In this document: in pieces, positions 1 to 8,453 of the stretch | Position numbering within the stretch: position 1 is the first letter of the stretch | Layout: each line of letters starts with the position of its first letter | Translations under genes and position numbers: made by a program | IMG/VR virus record: IMGVR_UViG_3300031884_000002 | Coordinates: 124,001 to 188,000 of that record | Strand: one strand, 5' to 3' | Length of the DNA: 64,000 nucleotides | Notes under the pieces: model-generated | Told to the model about the DNA's origin: nothing | Seen by the model: the letters and a program-made list of their open reading frames with translations, nothing else | The model's database searches: none

Positions 1-1
1 T

Positions 2-328
2 AACGCCGCTCAATTATATTTCGAGGAAAGTAATGAAAATGAGTTCACTCCACATAATAATGAACGTGGTTCAAAAAAAGAAAAAATCCTAGATGTAAAA
101 CCAGTATATATAAATAAAATGATAGATAGATTGACTAAAATCGTATCATTTGAAATGAATCCTAATGAATCTAAAAGATATTTCAATTTAGTAGATAGAC
201 ATAGAGCAGTTTGTAACGCATATTCATTTAAAATATTATTCTCACCAAATGGAATAGGAACCGGAGTTCAAATTATTTGTGGAACTTGTGATGTTAAATG
301 GGATATAACCGATTATGATAGTTGGTAA
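2..328 (+). CDS. hypothetical protein, 5' truncated by the window edge (C-terminal CxxC)
   Basis: The frame of ORF 119..328 is open back to base 2, so the gene starts before the window. Confidence 0.6.
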   Translation, partial: NAAQLYFEESNENEFTPHNNERGSKKEKILDVKPVYINKMIDRLTKIVSFEMNPNESKRYFNLVDRHRAVCNAYSFKILFSPNGIGTGVQIICGTCDVKWDITDYDSW

Positions 329-507
329 TTTATGAATATTGAAACCATAAAAATAAGCGATGACGTTTCAATTGAAATATGTCATGGACACTGGACCAAA
401 ATAATATACGAAATACCAGAAGATTACGAAGACCAAAGTTGTGAGTTTCCAATTTCAATTGAAGAACTTAGAATTTTAAAAAAATATTTAAACTCCAGAA
501 CCGATTT

Positions 508-879
508 ATGAAATTAGTATTAACATACGATATATCGGACCACTGTACTTATTCATATCCAAATCATATTCCATTTGAATATGAATCAAAAGAAAAGGCG
601 GAATATGATTTATATGAAGAGTGGCAACGAATTGGAAGAGAATTAGTCATGTATTCCAAATGGGAAGAAAAGTGTCCCAGCACATCTTCTAAACAAGAAA
701 AATGGAAAGCGTGGGATAAAATGAAACCCAACGTTAATTTAAATATTAAATTGGGAACAATTAAAGAATTGGACGTTAATGATTTTACAATATATCAATC
801 TTTGTCCAATAAACCACGAGAATACAATGAGCCAAAAATCATGACCTTGGATGAATGGTTTAATTATTATAAAGAATAA
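508..879 (+). CDS. hypothetical protein
   Basis: 123-aa ORF in a co-directional run of genes. Confidence 0.6.
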   Translation: MKLVLTYDISDHCTYSYPNHIPFEYESKEKAEYDLYEEWQRIGRELVMYSKWEEKCPSTSSKQEKWKAWDKMKPNVNLNIKLGTIKELDVNDFTIYQSLSNKPREYNEPKIMTLDEWFNYYKE

Positions 880-1111
880 TATGACAGAAAAAGATACAAA
901 CTCGGTAATTGAATTATTACAAATGGCAATATGTCCTAATTGCGATGGTAATGGAATTATCCAAACTCAATCTCGACAATATGTAACACGAGAGATGGCA
1001 CTAGATTGCGGATGTCCCGATATGGAAGGTTCAGTATTTAATGATAATGAATACGACCAATGCCAATGGTGCGATGAACGTAGGATGTTAATAAACAAAT
1101 ATAAAATATGA
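851..1111 (+). CDS. small Cys-rich (Zn-binding) hypothetical protein
   Basis: CPNCDG...CQWCD motifs; the true start may be the ATG at 881. Confidence 0.55.
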   Translation: MNGLIIIKNNMTEKDTNSVIELLQMAICPNCDGNGIIQTQSRQYVTREMALDCGCPDMEGSVFNDNEYDQCQWCDERRMLINKYKI

Positions 1112-1147
1112 ATTATTTTAGATTTGATCCTATATTTATAAAACTAT

Positions 1148-1546
1148 ATGAAGAAAAAAATTAATTTATTTTTAGATGATGAACGTCTTCCAAGACATGT
1201 ATATTGGATAGAATTACCATTGGTGGAATGGACCATTGTTAGAACTTATAATGAGTTTGTAAATGCTGTTTTAAATAACAATATTAATATCGTTAGTTTT
1301 GATCATGACCTTTGTATGGAACATTATCAAGAATATCATAGAGCCAATGATACTGATAAAAATATAAATTATAATAACATTAAAGAAAAAACCGGATATC
1401 ATGCCGCTATATTTATGGCAGAATATTGTATTGAAAACAAATTAAAATTACCAGAATATTATATTCATAGTATGAATTATATGGGAAAACAAAATATTCT
1501 ATCCGTTTTAACTTCGGCTCAAAAAGTCATTGACAATAATCTATAA
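1148..1546 (+). CDS. cyclic-phosphate processing receiver-domain protein
   Basis: LFLDDER, VSFDHDL, KTGY and HSMN motifs typical of this phage family. Confidence 0.8.
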   Translation: MKKKINLFLDDERLPRHVYWIELPLVEWTIVRTYNEFVNAVLNNNINIVSFDHDLCMEHYQEYHRANDTDKNINYNNIKEKTGYHAAIFMAEYCIENKLKLPEYYIHSMNYMGKQNILSVLTSAQKVIDNNL

Positions 1547-1557
1547 CCTGATATACT
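1530..1557 (+). promoter_or_regulatory. sigma70-type promoter
   Basis: TTGACA-N16-TATACT with extended TG, 9 nt before ATG 1567. Confidence 0.7.
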
Positions 1558-1566
1558 CCGTTCATT

Positions 1567-1821
1567 ATGAAATTACGAATTATGCTTAGTGCAATAACTG
1601 TGTTTTTATCTTTAACACTTGATAAAACAATTAACTTCTTCTATTCTCCTATTACTGGACTTGCCACTGCTAATAGTTTAAATGATAGCGTAGGTAATTA
1701 TGGATGGGCTAAGTTTGTCCGTGATGGTGAAATTAACGATTTAATCTGGTGGTCTTGTGCTGTGATTTTATCTATTATTTGGATACAATTTATGATTAAA
1801 TATAATAAACAAAATAATTAA
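1567..1821 (+). CDS. small membrane protein (2 TM)
   Basis: Two hydrophobic segments; lies directly upstream of the SPFH gene. Confidence 0.6.
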   Translation: MKLRIMLSAITVFLSLTLDKTINFFYSPITGLATANSLNDSVGNYGWAKFVRDGEINDLIWWSCAVILSIIWIQFMIKYNKQNN

Positions 1822-1827
1822 CAATTT

Positions 1828-2844
1828 ATGAAAAAACAACTACTCATCGGGCTGCTTGCTATTGGCATTGCAGCGACACTAACTGGATGTGGACCTGCTA
1901 AAGTTCAAACTCCTAAAGAAATTAAACCAAATGAAACTTGCTGGGTAATTCCACTTGATACATTGAGTCAATCAGGACAAGCAAAGTTTAATTCGGTTGA
2001 TTTTTTGAATCAACGAAAAGTTGCATCAAAACGAATTATGATTGATAAGGTTGTACGGTCAACTGGTCGTATGTGGTTTGATTATGAATGGATTGATGCT
2101 GTCCGTGTTATTACCGTTGACCGTTCATTGGTTACTCGGGAATGGACCGATAATAAAGAAACTGGAACAACTGGTAAAAGCGAAGGTATTCCGGTTAATA
2201 CCAAAGATAATATCGGATTGATTATTGGACTTACCATTACTGCAAACATCGAAGAAGATGACGCCAGCACTTATTTATATTATCACGGTGAACGAACATT
2301 AGCCGATGTCACCGACCAAAACATTCGTAGTTTTGCAGTTGCTGAATTAAATCGTCAGGTTTCGTCATTAACTCTAACTGAGTTTCAATCTAAGCAATCT
2401 GAAATATATTCCAATTTATTCCAAGATGCGGCGGCTACATTTAAAAATAAAGGTATTACTATTCAATATTTAGGAAATGCAGAAGGTTGGCATTTTAAAG
2501 ATAGTAAAATCCAAGATAGTATCAACGAAAGTTTTGTTAAACAACAAGATAATAAAACCGCTCAAATGGAACAATTGGCTACCATTACTCGTAATGCTAC
2601 CAAGGTATTAGTCAATTCCAATGAAAATGCAATCATAGTATCAACGGCTCAGGCTCAAGTTGATGCTGCAACTAAACTTGCCGCTGCTAAGGAAGCCGCA
2701 TTATTTAGAAATCAGTTACAGATTGCCCTAATCGAAGCCCAAGCCAAAATGGCAATGGCTACTAATTGGAATGGCAAGTTACCAGAAAACATTCTACCCG
2801 AAAGTTCTCCAATGTTGCTTAACCTTGGAACATCGGCAAAATAA
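1828..2844 (+). CDS. SPFH/band-7 domain lipoprotein
   Basis: Lipobox LTGC, band-7-like core (VNTKDNI...GITIQYLG) and Ala-rich coiled-coil tail ending WNGKLP. Confidence 0.75.
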   Translation: MKKQLLIGLLAIGIAATLTGCGPAKVQTPKEIKPNETCWVIPLDTLSQSGQAKFNSVDFLNQRKVASKRIMIDKVVRSTGRMWFDYEWIDAVRVITVDRSLVTREWTDNKETGTTGKSEGIPVNTKDNIGLIIGLTITANIEEDDASTYLYYHGERTLADVTDQNIRSFAVAELNRQVSSLTLTEFQSKQSEIYSNLFQDAAATFKNKGITIQYLGNAEGWHFKDSKIQDSINESFVKQQDNKTAQMEQLATITRNATKVLVNSNENAIIVSTAQAQVDAATKLAAAKEAALFRNQLQIALIEAQAKMAMATNWNGKLPENILPESSPMLLNLGTSAK

Positions 2845-2848
2845 GTAC

Positions 2849-2876
2849 TTGACAATTCTTAAAAATCTGATATAAT
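2849..2876 (+). promoter_or_regulatory. sigma70-type promoter
   Basis: TTGACA-N16-TATAAT with extended TG. Confidence 0.75.
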
Positions 2877-2888
2877 ATAAACTAAATT

Positions 2889-3134
2889 ATGAATAATACT
2901 ATGAATTATCGAAGAATAAATAACATCATCAATAATACTCAAGGAGCATTTGTTTCCTTGACTACTAAGAACTATTCTGGCACAGTTAATGTGCTGAATG
3001 TATCGGACCAATACGTTACAGTTAAACCTGTAAGCAATGGAATGCCATTGAAGTTTCACAAGAACTCTATTCTCCATTTGAAGTCATTTGGTATGGAATA
3101 TAACCGAAAGTATGCCAATTACCGTTTTCAATAA
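2889..3134 (+). CDS. hypothetical protein
   Basis: 81-aa ORF between a promoter and a terminator. Confidence 0.65.
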   Translation: MNNTMNYRRINNIINNTQGAFVSLTTKNYSGTVNVLNVSDQYVTVKPVSNGMPLKFHKNSILHLKSFGMEYNRKYANYRFQ

Positions 3135-3153
3135 AAGGTTACACTAAACGGAC

Positions 3154-3181
3154 AAGCCACTCTTAATCGGGTGGCTTTTTT
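3154..3181 (+). terminator. intrinsic terminator
   Basis: AAGCCACTC/GGGTGGCTT stem followed by a T run. Confidence 0.75.
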
Positions 3182-3182
3182 A

Positions 3183-4049
3183 TTATTTATTGATATAATT
3201 TAAAAACTTTTCTCTATAATTTTTAATAAACTCTACATTTCCATTTTCAAGTTCATTTTTAATTTTAGAAATATTTATTTCAAAATCCATTAGTTTATAT
3301 GAATAATTATTTAATTTACAAAATTGTTCCATTGCTATTTTCTTAGTAATTACTGATGGGCTTGTATGTAATCTTAATGGTTTAATTTCTATAAGTTCAT
3401 TAGTATTTAAGATAAAATCCGGTCTAGTTGTCCGTGAAGTTCCTTTATAATCAATATATTCAGTAGAATATATTTTTAATTCGGCACTTTTCCATTTTAT
3501 ATTATTTTCATCCAAATATATCATATATGACAACTCTCTAAGGCTTCTAAAAAAATGTTTTTTATAATAACCTTTCCAACCTTGTCCAGAACCTTTAGGA
3601 GATGGTTTGCCGTACATAGGATTATTTTTACCGGAACTATTTTTAGATTTTTTCTTACTTGCTTCCAATTGTTTCTGGTCGGCAATTTCTTTTCCATATT
3701 TTTTAAACCAAATATCATAAACAGATTTTCCGTACATAGGATTATTTTTCCCCGATGTTACGTCGCTCATTTTTTTACGAAATCCGTCAGTTTTCCATAT
3801 AGAAATATCTCTATTTTTTAATATTTTTTCTATTGTTTTTTTAGAATGTTTTTTTCCATAAAACGGATTTCCCATTCCAATATATTGAACAGACCTTTTT
3901 TTCATATTACACATTCTACATATTTGTTGTTTTTTATCTGCAATATTACAATTATATTTATTAGAATGAAATATGTCAATATTACATAACGGACATTTTC
4001 GCATAAACTTTTCATTGACATTTAATTTATTCTGTGGTATTGTATTCAT
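3183..4049 (-). CDS. free-standing homing-type endonuclease (NUMOD3 repeats plus PD-(D/E)XK/TnsA-like domain)
   Basis: Repeated GKNNPMYGK; FRSLREL...RPDF...IEIKP; inverted relative to neighbours. Confidence 0.75.
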   Translation of the reverse strand: MNTIPQNKLNVNEKFMRKCPLCNIDIFHSNKYNCNIADKKQQICRMCNMKKRSVQYIGMGNPFYGKKHSKKTIEKILKNRDISIWKTDGFRKKMSDVTSGKNNPMYGKSVYDIWFKKYGKEIADQKQLEASKKKSKNSSGKNNPMYGKPSPKGSGQGWKGYYKKHFFRSLRELSYMIYLDENNIKWKSAELKIYSTEYIDYKGTSRTTRPDFILNTNELIEIKPLRLHTSPSVITKKIAMEQFCKLNNYSYKLMDFEINISKIKNELENGNVEFIKNYREKFLNYINK

Positions 4050-4094
4050 GTAATATAAATATCAATCCACAACCAAGAAATCCAATAAAATAAC

Positions 4095-4556
4095 ATGACA
4101 ACTGTGTATATCCTTGTAGGCTGCCCATCCAGTGGAAAATCAACTTGGGCATCAAAATGTGAGAATCATAATGCTGAATGTGTAATATCCACCGATGATA
4201 TTAGAGAAGAATTATCGGGAGATGCAACCGACCAATCAGTATCAGGAAAAGCATTTTCTATTGCTCGTAAACGATTACAAGAATACCTTAATGAAGGTCA
4301 TTCGGTGATAATCGATGCAACTAATATGTATCGTAAAACACGCAAAGATTTCCTTGATATAGCCAAGGATAATAATTCTAAAACGGTTGCGGTTGTGTTT
4401 GAAGTTACTAAAGAAACTGCAATTGAGAGAAATGCTAAACGTGCTGCTTCGGGTGGTAGGAATGTTCCTTCCCACGTTATAGAAAATATGATAGGTAAAT
4501 ACCAACGACCAGATACTATCGAGTTTAATGAAGTTTTATTTATATCAAAATTATGA
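4095..4556 (+). CDS. polynucleotide kinase-like P-loop kinase (AAA_33)
   Basis: GCPSSGKST, ISTDDIR, VIIDATN, ERNAKR, VPSHVI motifs. Confidence 0.85.
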   Translation: MTTVYILVGCPSSGKSTWASKCENHNAECVISTDDIREELSGDATDQSVSGKAFSIARKRLQEYLNEGHSVIIDATNMYRKTRKDFLDIAKDNNSKTVAVVFEVTKETAIERNAKRAASGGRNVPSHVIENMIGKYQRPDTIEFNEVLFISKL

Positions 4557-4774
4557 TGTATTTTCAAAATAAAAATCCTAAACTTAATATAGGAAAAACT
4601 ACCGGTAAAAAGTTTGTAGTAGCATTCGATATTAAATCATATTGTATGAATGAAAATGGAGAATTAAGGGCTGAAAAAATAAATGCAGAGACTGATTTAT
4701 TAACTTTCTTAGTAGAGGGAAAATCAGTATTAAACGCTTATTTTAAAAAAGAAGATATAAAATGGAATATATGA
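4553..4774 (+). CDS. hypothetical protein
   Basis: ATGA overlap with the upstream gene. Confidence 0.5.
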   Translation: MMYFQNKNPKLNIGKTTGKKFVVAFDIKSYCMNENGELRAEKINAETDLLTFLVEGKSVLNAYFKKEDIKWNI

Positions 4775-4956
4775 CACAACAATATTTAACAGATTTAAAA
4801 GAACAAGTAAATCATAGATTACAAGAAGCCGAAAGAATATTATCGGGAGACCGTGATAATTATGATGGAGCAGATGGTGCAAGATATATACAAGATTTAT
4901 GCATTGATTGTTTGGATTTAATAGAATATATAGAAACCCAACCCATGACATTTTAA
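4762..4956 (+). CDS. hypothetical protein
   Basis: Short ORF in the operon. Confidence 0.55.
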   Translation: MEYMTQQYLTDLKEQVNHRLQEAERILSGDRDNYDGADGARYIQDLCIDCLDLIEYIETQPMTF

Positions 4957-4962
4957 AAAATA

Positions 4963-5448
4963 ATGAAACAAAGAATCATAAAATTTAGAATCTGGGATAA
5001 TCAAAATCAAATATTTGTAGAAAACAGTTCATCTTTACATTGTTTTTCTAATTGGTCGATTGATACTTTTACCGGAGAAATAATTGATTATATAGGAACA
5101 TTAGGTATTGAGCCAACTTATTCTCAAAATAAAAATCCTAATTTATATATTAAAAATCTAAAAGCGGTGAAAAAACCACGTTATATATTGCAACAATTTA
5201 CCGGCTTGAAAGATTTCAAAAAGAGAGAAATCTATGAAGGTGATATCTTGGTATCTGACCAAGACAAGTCATATAAGCATAATTATAGGGTAAGATATTA
5301 CAATGCTTCTTTTGATTTAATATCGGCATCGGATGATGGGGATGAATATGGAACATATACTGTTGATTTAGAACGGGCAATTCAAATGAAAAACGCTACA
5401 ATTATAGGTAATATATTTGAAAATCCAAAATTATTAAAGAAATCGTAA
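4963..5448 (+). CDS. YopX family protein
   Basis: IKFRIWD...QFTGLKD...EIYEGDI...IIGNIFENP. Confidence 0.9.
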   Translation: MKQRIIKFRIWDNQNQIFVENSSSLHCFSNWSIDTFTGEIIDYIGTLGIEPTYSQNKNPNLYIKNLKAVKKPRYILQQFTGLKDFKKREIYEGDILVSDQDKSYKHNYRVRYYNASFDLISASDDGDEYGTYTVDLERAIQMKNATIIGNIFENPKLLKKS

Positions 5449-5482
5449 CTCTATTGTTTCATTCCCTGTGATATTTATATAG

Positions 5483-6163
5483 ATGATAACCAATGTTAAA
5501 CGATTAAAATATGTAATACTTAGCGATTTACATTTAGGCAGTGGAGTATGCCAACATATAAAACTTATATCTTTACTAAAAAATATAAACACTGAAACTC
5601 TGGTGTTAAATGGAGACATAATTGACATCGACCATCTTAAACGATTATCTAAAAAAGATTGGAAAATATTATCATTATTAAGAAAACTAAGTAAAAATAC
5701 ACATATTGTATATATTAGAGGAAACCACGATTCTAAAATTGCCGACATAATTTCAGATTTATTGGGATTTGAATTTAAAAATAATTATGATTTTATATGT
5801 AATGAAAAAAAGTTTCATATATTACATGGCGATGAGTTTGATTCATTTATAACTAATTTTCCACTTATAACCGAAATTGCAACTGGAATATATTATTATA
5901 TACAATTACTTAGTCCTAAAAAACAAGAATTAGCCAGAGTTTTAAAACGAAGAAGTAAAAACTTTATAAAATCTTGCGAGATGACAAAAAGAAAAGCAGA
6001 AGCACTTGCAAAAGAAAAAGGATATGACTACATTGTAGCGGGTCATTGCCATTCTGCTTTCTTTTCTCCTAATAGTCCATATATTAACTCAGGATGCTTT
6101 ACGGAATTGGATTGTTCTTATATAGAAATATCAGACGATAACATTCGATTGAAATACATTTAA
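5483..6163 (+). CDS. calcineurin-like metallophosphoesterase (LpxH-like)
   Basis: SDLHLG, LNGDIID, RGNHD, LHGD, GHCH motifs. Confidence 0.85.
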   Translation: MITNVKRLKYVILSDLHLGSGVCQHIKLISLLKNINTETLVLNGDIIDIDHLKRLSKKDWKILSLLRKLSKNTHIVYIRGNHDSKIADIISDLLGFEFKNNYDFICNEKKFHILHGDEFDSFITNFPLITEIATGIYYYIQLLSPKKQELARVLKRRSKNFIKSCEMTKRKAEALAKEKGYDYIVAGHCHSAFFSPNSPYINSGCFTELDCSYIEISDDNIRLKYI

Positions 6164-6328
6164 GATATTCATTGCTTTATCAAACTTTCTTTTTAATCCA
6201 AAGTCAAATCCGTTTGGATATAAATAATTTATTATCTTATACATTCCATTTATGTTAGTTATTCTTATATAAGAACTTTTAGAACATATTCCATTTCTTT
6301 TTTGTATAGTATATTTAATTTCTAGCGA
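6131..6328 (-). pseudogene. C-terminal remnant of a LAGLIDADG-type homing endonuclease
   Basis: Open frame with no start at its 5' end: SLEIKYTI...SYIRITNINGMYKIINYLYPNGFDFGLKRKFDK. Confidence 0.5.
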
Positions 6329-6369
6329 TTAGAAAATTGAAAGTGACATAAAAAGTGACAATAACATAT

Positions 6370-6999
6370 ATGAATATTCAAGAAATAAATGTTACATCCT
6401 ATCCAATAATTCTCGTGAGTGACATTCATTGTGATATTGACAAAATGAGGAAAATTAAATCTCTATATCCTCATAATAAAATATTATGTTTAGGAGATAT
6501 TACCGATTTATACTCTACAGGTAATAATTCAAACCAACGAACTATACAATATTTTATAGATAATGATATACCGGCGTGTTCTGGCAACCATGAAGAACAT
6601 ATTTCAGGTGTTGTAAATGGAAATACCGTCATGTTTTTGGATATTCATAACTCATTGGATATTGATGATTATAAGTTACCAAAACATCAATGTAAATATT
6701 TAAACGAATTACCAAGAGGCATTAAATTAAATGTATCAAATGGTAAATATTATTTATTATACCATCATTTACCTAAAGATGTATGGGGCAGAAAAGACAA
6801 AGGAACTCTATCACGAGAAGAATTTATATCTAATTTTAGCATAACTCACGACTGTATAGGAGTGTGTCATGGACATTTACACGTTCCATTCATAGAGGAA
6901 TATAATAATTTAACCACTAAAAGAATAAGTATAGGAGCATTAAAACATAATCATTATGCTATTATAGATGAAACCGGAGTTAAACTTAAACAATTATGA
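6370..6999 (+). CDS. metallophosphoesterase
   Basis: SDIH, LGDITD, GNHE, HGHLH motifs; ATG at 6370. Confidence 0.85.
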   Translation: MNIQEINVTSYPIILVSDIHCDIDKMRKIKSLYPHNKILCLGDITDLYSTGNNSNQRTIQYFIDNDIPACSGNHEEHISGVVNGNTVMFLDIHNSLDIDDYKLPKHQCKYLNELPRGIKLNVSNGKYYLLYHHLPKDVWGRKDKGTLSREEFISNFSITHDCIGVCHGHLHVPFIEEYNNLTTKRISIGALKHNHYAIIDETGVKLKQL

Positions 7000-7118
7000 G
7001 TGATAATAAACAAATCAAAACTTTTGGAAAGGGTTCTAAACGTCGTAAAGAAAATTTTAAAAAAGTCCAAGATAACTGGGACCAAATAAAAGGGTTTGGA
7101 AAACGTAGATTAAAATAA
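6996..7118 (+). CDS. small basic protein (40 aa, not in ORF track)
   Basis: MSDNKQIKTFGKGSKRRKENFKKVQDNWDQIKGFGKRRLK; ATGA overlap with the upstream stop. Confidence 0.6.
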   Translation: MSDNKQIKTFGKGSKRRKENFKKVQDNWDQIKGFGKRRLK

Positions 7119-7156
7119 CTTTACAATTTATGTTTATATGATATAATCTATTCATT

Positions 7157-7420
7157 ATGAATATTGCTGATATAAATCCAAATCAACCAACGTCTATTAA
7201 ACAACAATCTCCAATCGATTTAAAATTAACGGGTGAAGTTAAGTGTAATAAGTGCAACGGAATAGCATTTACACAAGCCGTTATCTTTAGAAGTGTATCT
7301 GCGTTAATATCGCCAAGTGGCAAGGCTGGATTTTATCCCATCGAAACTTGGGCATGTATGTGTGGGCATATTAACGATTCATTCCTTCCTGTAGAATTAC
7401 GTGCTCCAAAACTCACTTGA
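7157..7420 (+). CDS. zinc-ribbon protein
   Basis: CNKC...CMCGH motifs; own promoter TTTACA-N16-TATAAT at 7120-7147. Confidence 0.65.
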   Translation: MNIADINPNQPTSIKQQSPIDLKLTGEVKCNKCNGIAFTQAVIFRSVSALISPSGKAGFYPIETWACMCGHINDSFLPVELRAPKLT

Positions 7421-7444
7421 CAAAAATCTAAACTCTGATATATT
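7417..7444 (+). promoter_or_regulatory. promoter of the suppressor tRNA
   Basis: TTGACA-N16-TATATT, overlapping an ATATTTAT motif. Confidence 0.65.
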
Positions 7445-7455
7445 TATTGGAGTGA

Positions 7456-7530
7456 GGCTAATTAGTTTAACGGTAAAACAAGATATTCTAAACATCTTAG
7501 TCATCGGTTCAAATCCGATATTAGCCACCA
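7456..7530 (+). tRNA. amber suppressor tRNA (anticodon CUA)
   Basis: Cloverleaf: GGCTAAT/ATTAGCC acceptor stem, D arm GTTT-AACGGTA-AAAC, anticodon loop TT-CTA-AA (CTA at 7488-7490), T arm ATCGG-TTCAAAT-CCGAT, discriminator A, encoded CCA. Confidence 0.92.
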
Positions 7531-7532
7531 AT

Positions 7533-7712
7533 ATGACCTTTGAAAGATTTAGCGAAATATGGGATATGCTGATAAAAATGCCAGATGCTAAAGAAATTGT
7601 ATTTTCAACTGGAATGTCTCAACATACAATGAATGCTTTAATTAAATACGCAAATGGAGATAAATCCGAAGTTGAAAAAATCAGAGAAGCATTACGTAGA
7701 AATAAGAGTTGA
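7533..7712 (+). CDS. hypothetical protein (59 aa)
   Basis: ATG 2 nt after the tRNA CCA; this is the real part of track ORF 7401..7712. Confidence 0.6.
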   Translation: MTFERFSEIWDMLIKMPDAKEIVFSTGMSQHTMNALIKYANGDKSEVEKIREALRRNKS

Positions 7713-7736
7713 CATTTTAGATTTTTCGAATATACT
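7709..7736 (+). promoter_or_regulatory. promoter of pth2, probably giving a leaderless mRNA
   Basis: TTGACA-N16-TATACT, with ATG 7744 only 7 nt after the -10 box. Confidence 0.7.
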
Positions 7737-7743
7737 TATAATT

Positions 7744-8142
7744 ATGAATACATAGATTGATAGTCCAACATAGGTAGATACAACACTTCGGTTATATGCT
7801 CTTGTCAGAACTGACTTGGGAATGTCCGAAGGAAAAACAGTTTCACAAGCCGGACATTCTTATATTGGTGCATTTCTTCAAGCATCTAAAGATATTCAAC
7901 AGGAATATCATAAAGAGTTTCCTCAAAGTCCCGGCACTAAAATATGTCTAAAAGTTAAATCCTTAGACAAATTACTTCAAGCCGAAGAACAAGCCAAAAT
8001 ATCAAACATTCCATACTTTCGTGTGGTTGATTCCGGCTGTTCTAATTTCTTTAATGGTGAACCTACAATTACTGCACTTGGTATAGGACCGGCAACCAAG
8101 GAACAAATACAACACATTACCAAAAAATTTCAACTCCTATAA
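7744..8142 (+). CDS. pth2: peptidyl-tRNA hydrolase, PTH2 family, with two in-frame TAG codons (7753, 7771)
   Basis: LYALVRTDLGMSEGKTVSQAGH, KICLKV, VVDSG, TALGIGP and ITKKFQLL match PTH2. The conserved first strand lies upstream of the TTG at 7816, and the only upstream ATG is 7744. Confidence 0.85.
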
Positions 8143-8151
8143 AGAGTGAAA

Positions 8152-8175
8152 ATGTATGGTAATAACACCATACAT
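8152..8175. other. perfect 9-bp hairpin between pth2 and the next gene
   Basis: ATGTATGGT-AATAAC-ACCATACAT; no U-tract. Confidence 0.6.
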
Positions 8176-8191
8176 CAATTAAAAATAAAAA

Positions 8192-8452
8192 ATGAATACG
8201 ATAAATAAATATCTAACATTCTCAACGAAACAACAATATCTGAATTATAGAACCGAATGGAAGTTCAGTTATAAATCATTAAGTATTGAAATTAGAAATT
8301 TCAAGCGAGAAATTCATGCTTCATGTCATCATATAACATGGTCAGAATATTCTCAATTACTTAAACTTAAACTTAAAGCAACCGAAATGTTACAAGAATT
8401 AAAAGAGGCTAAAATACTGGCACAAGAACAATATCAAGCATCCCATAAATAA
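8192..8452 (+). CDS. helical hypothetical protein
   Basis: 86-aa ORF downstream of pth2. Confidence 0.65.
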   Translation: MNTINKYLTFSTKQQYLNYRTEWKFSYKSLSIEIRNFKREIHASCHHITWSEYSQLLKLKLKATEMLQELKEAKILAQEQYQASHK

Positions 8453-8453
8453 T

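Noticed and set aside
3605-3755. Direct repeat CCGTACATAGGATTATTTTT as a possible CRISPR or regulatory repeat
   Set aside because: It encodes the repeated NUMOD3 motif KNNPMYG inside a CDS; no repeat-spacer array was seen in the window.
7456-7530. Pyrrolysine tRNA
   Set aside because: It has a canonical D-loop GG, a TTC T-loop and a 5-nt variable loop, unlike tRNA-Pyl; no pyl genes are present.
7401-7532. 5' part of track ORF 7401..7712
   Set aside because: It runs through the promoter and the tRNA; the real ORF starts at ATG 7533.
7816-8142. Pth2 starting at TTG 7816
   Set aside because: This would delete the conserved LYALVRTD core strand, and the promoter position favours ATG 7744.
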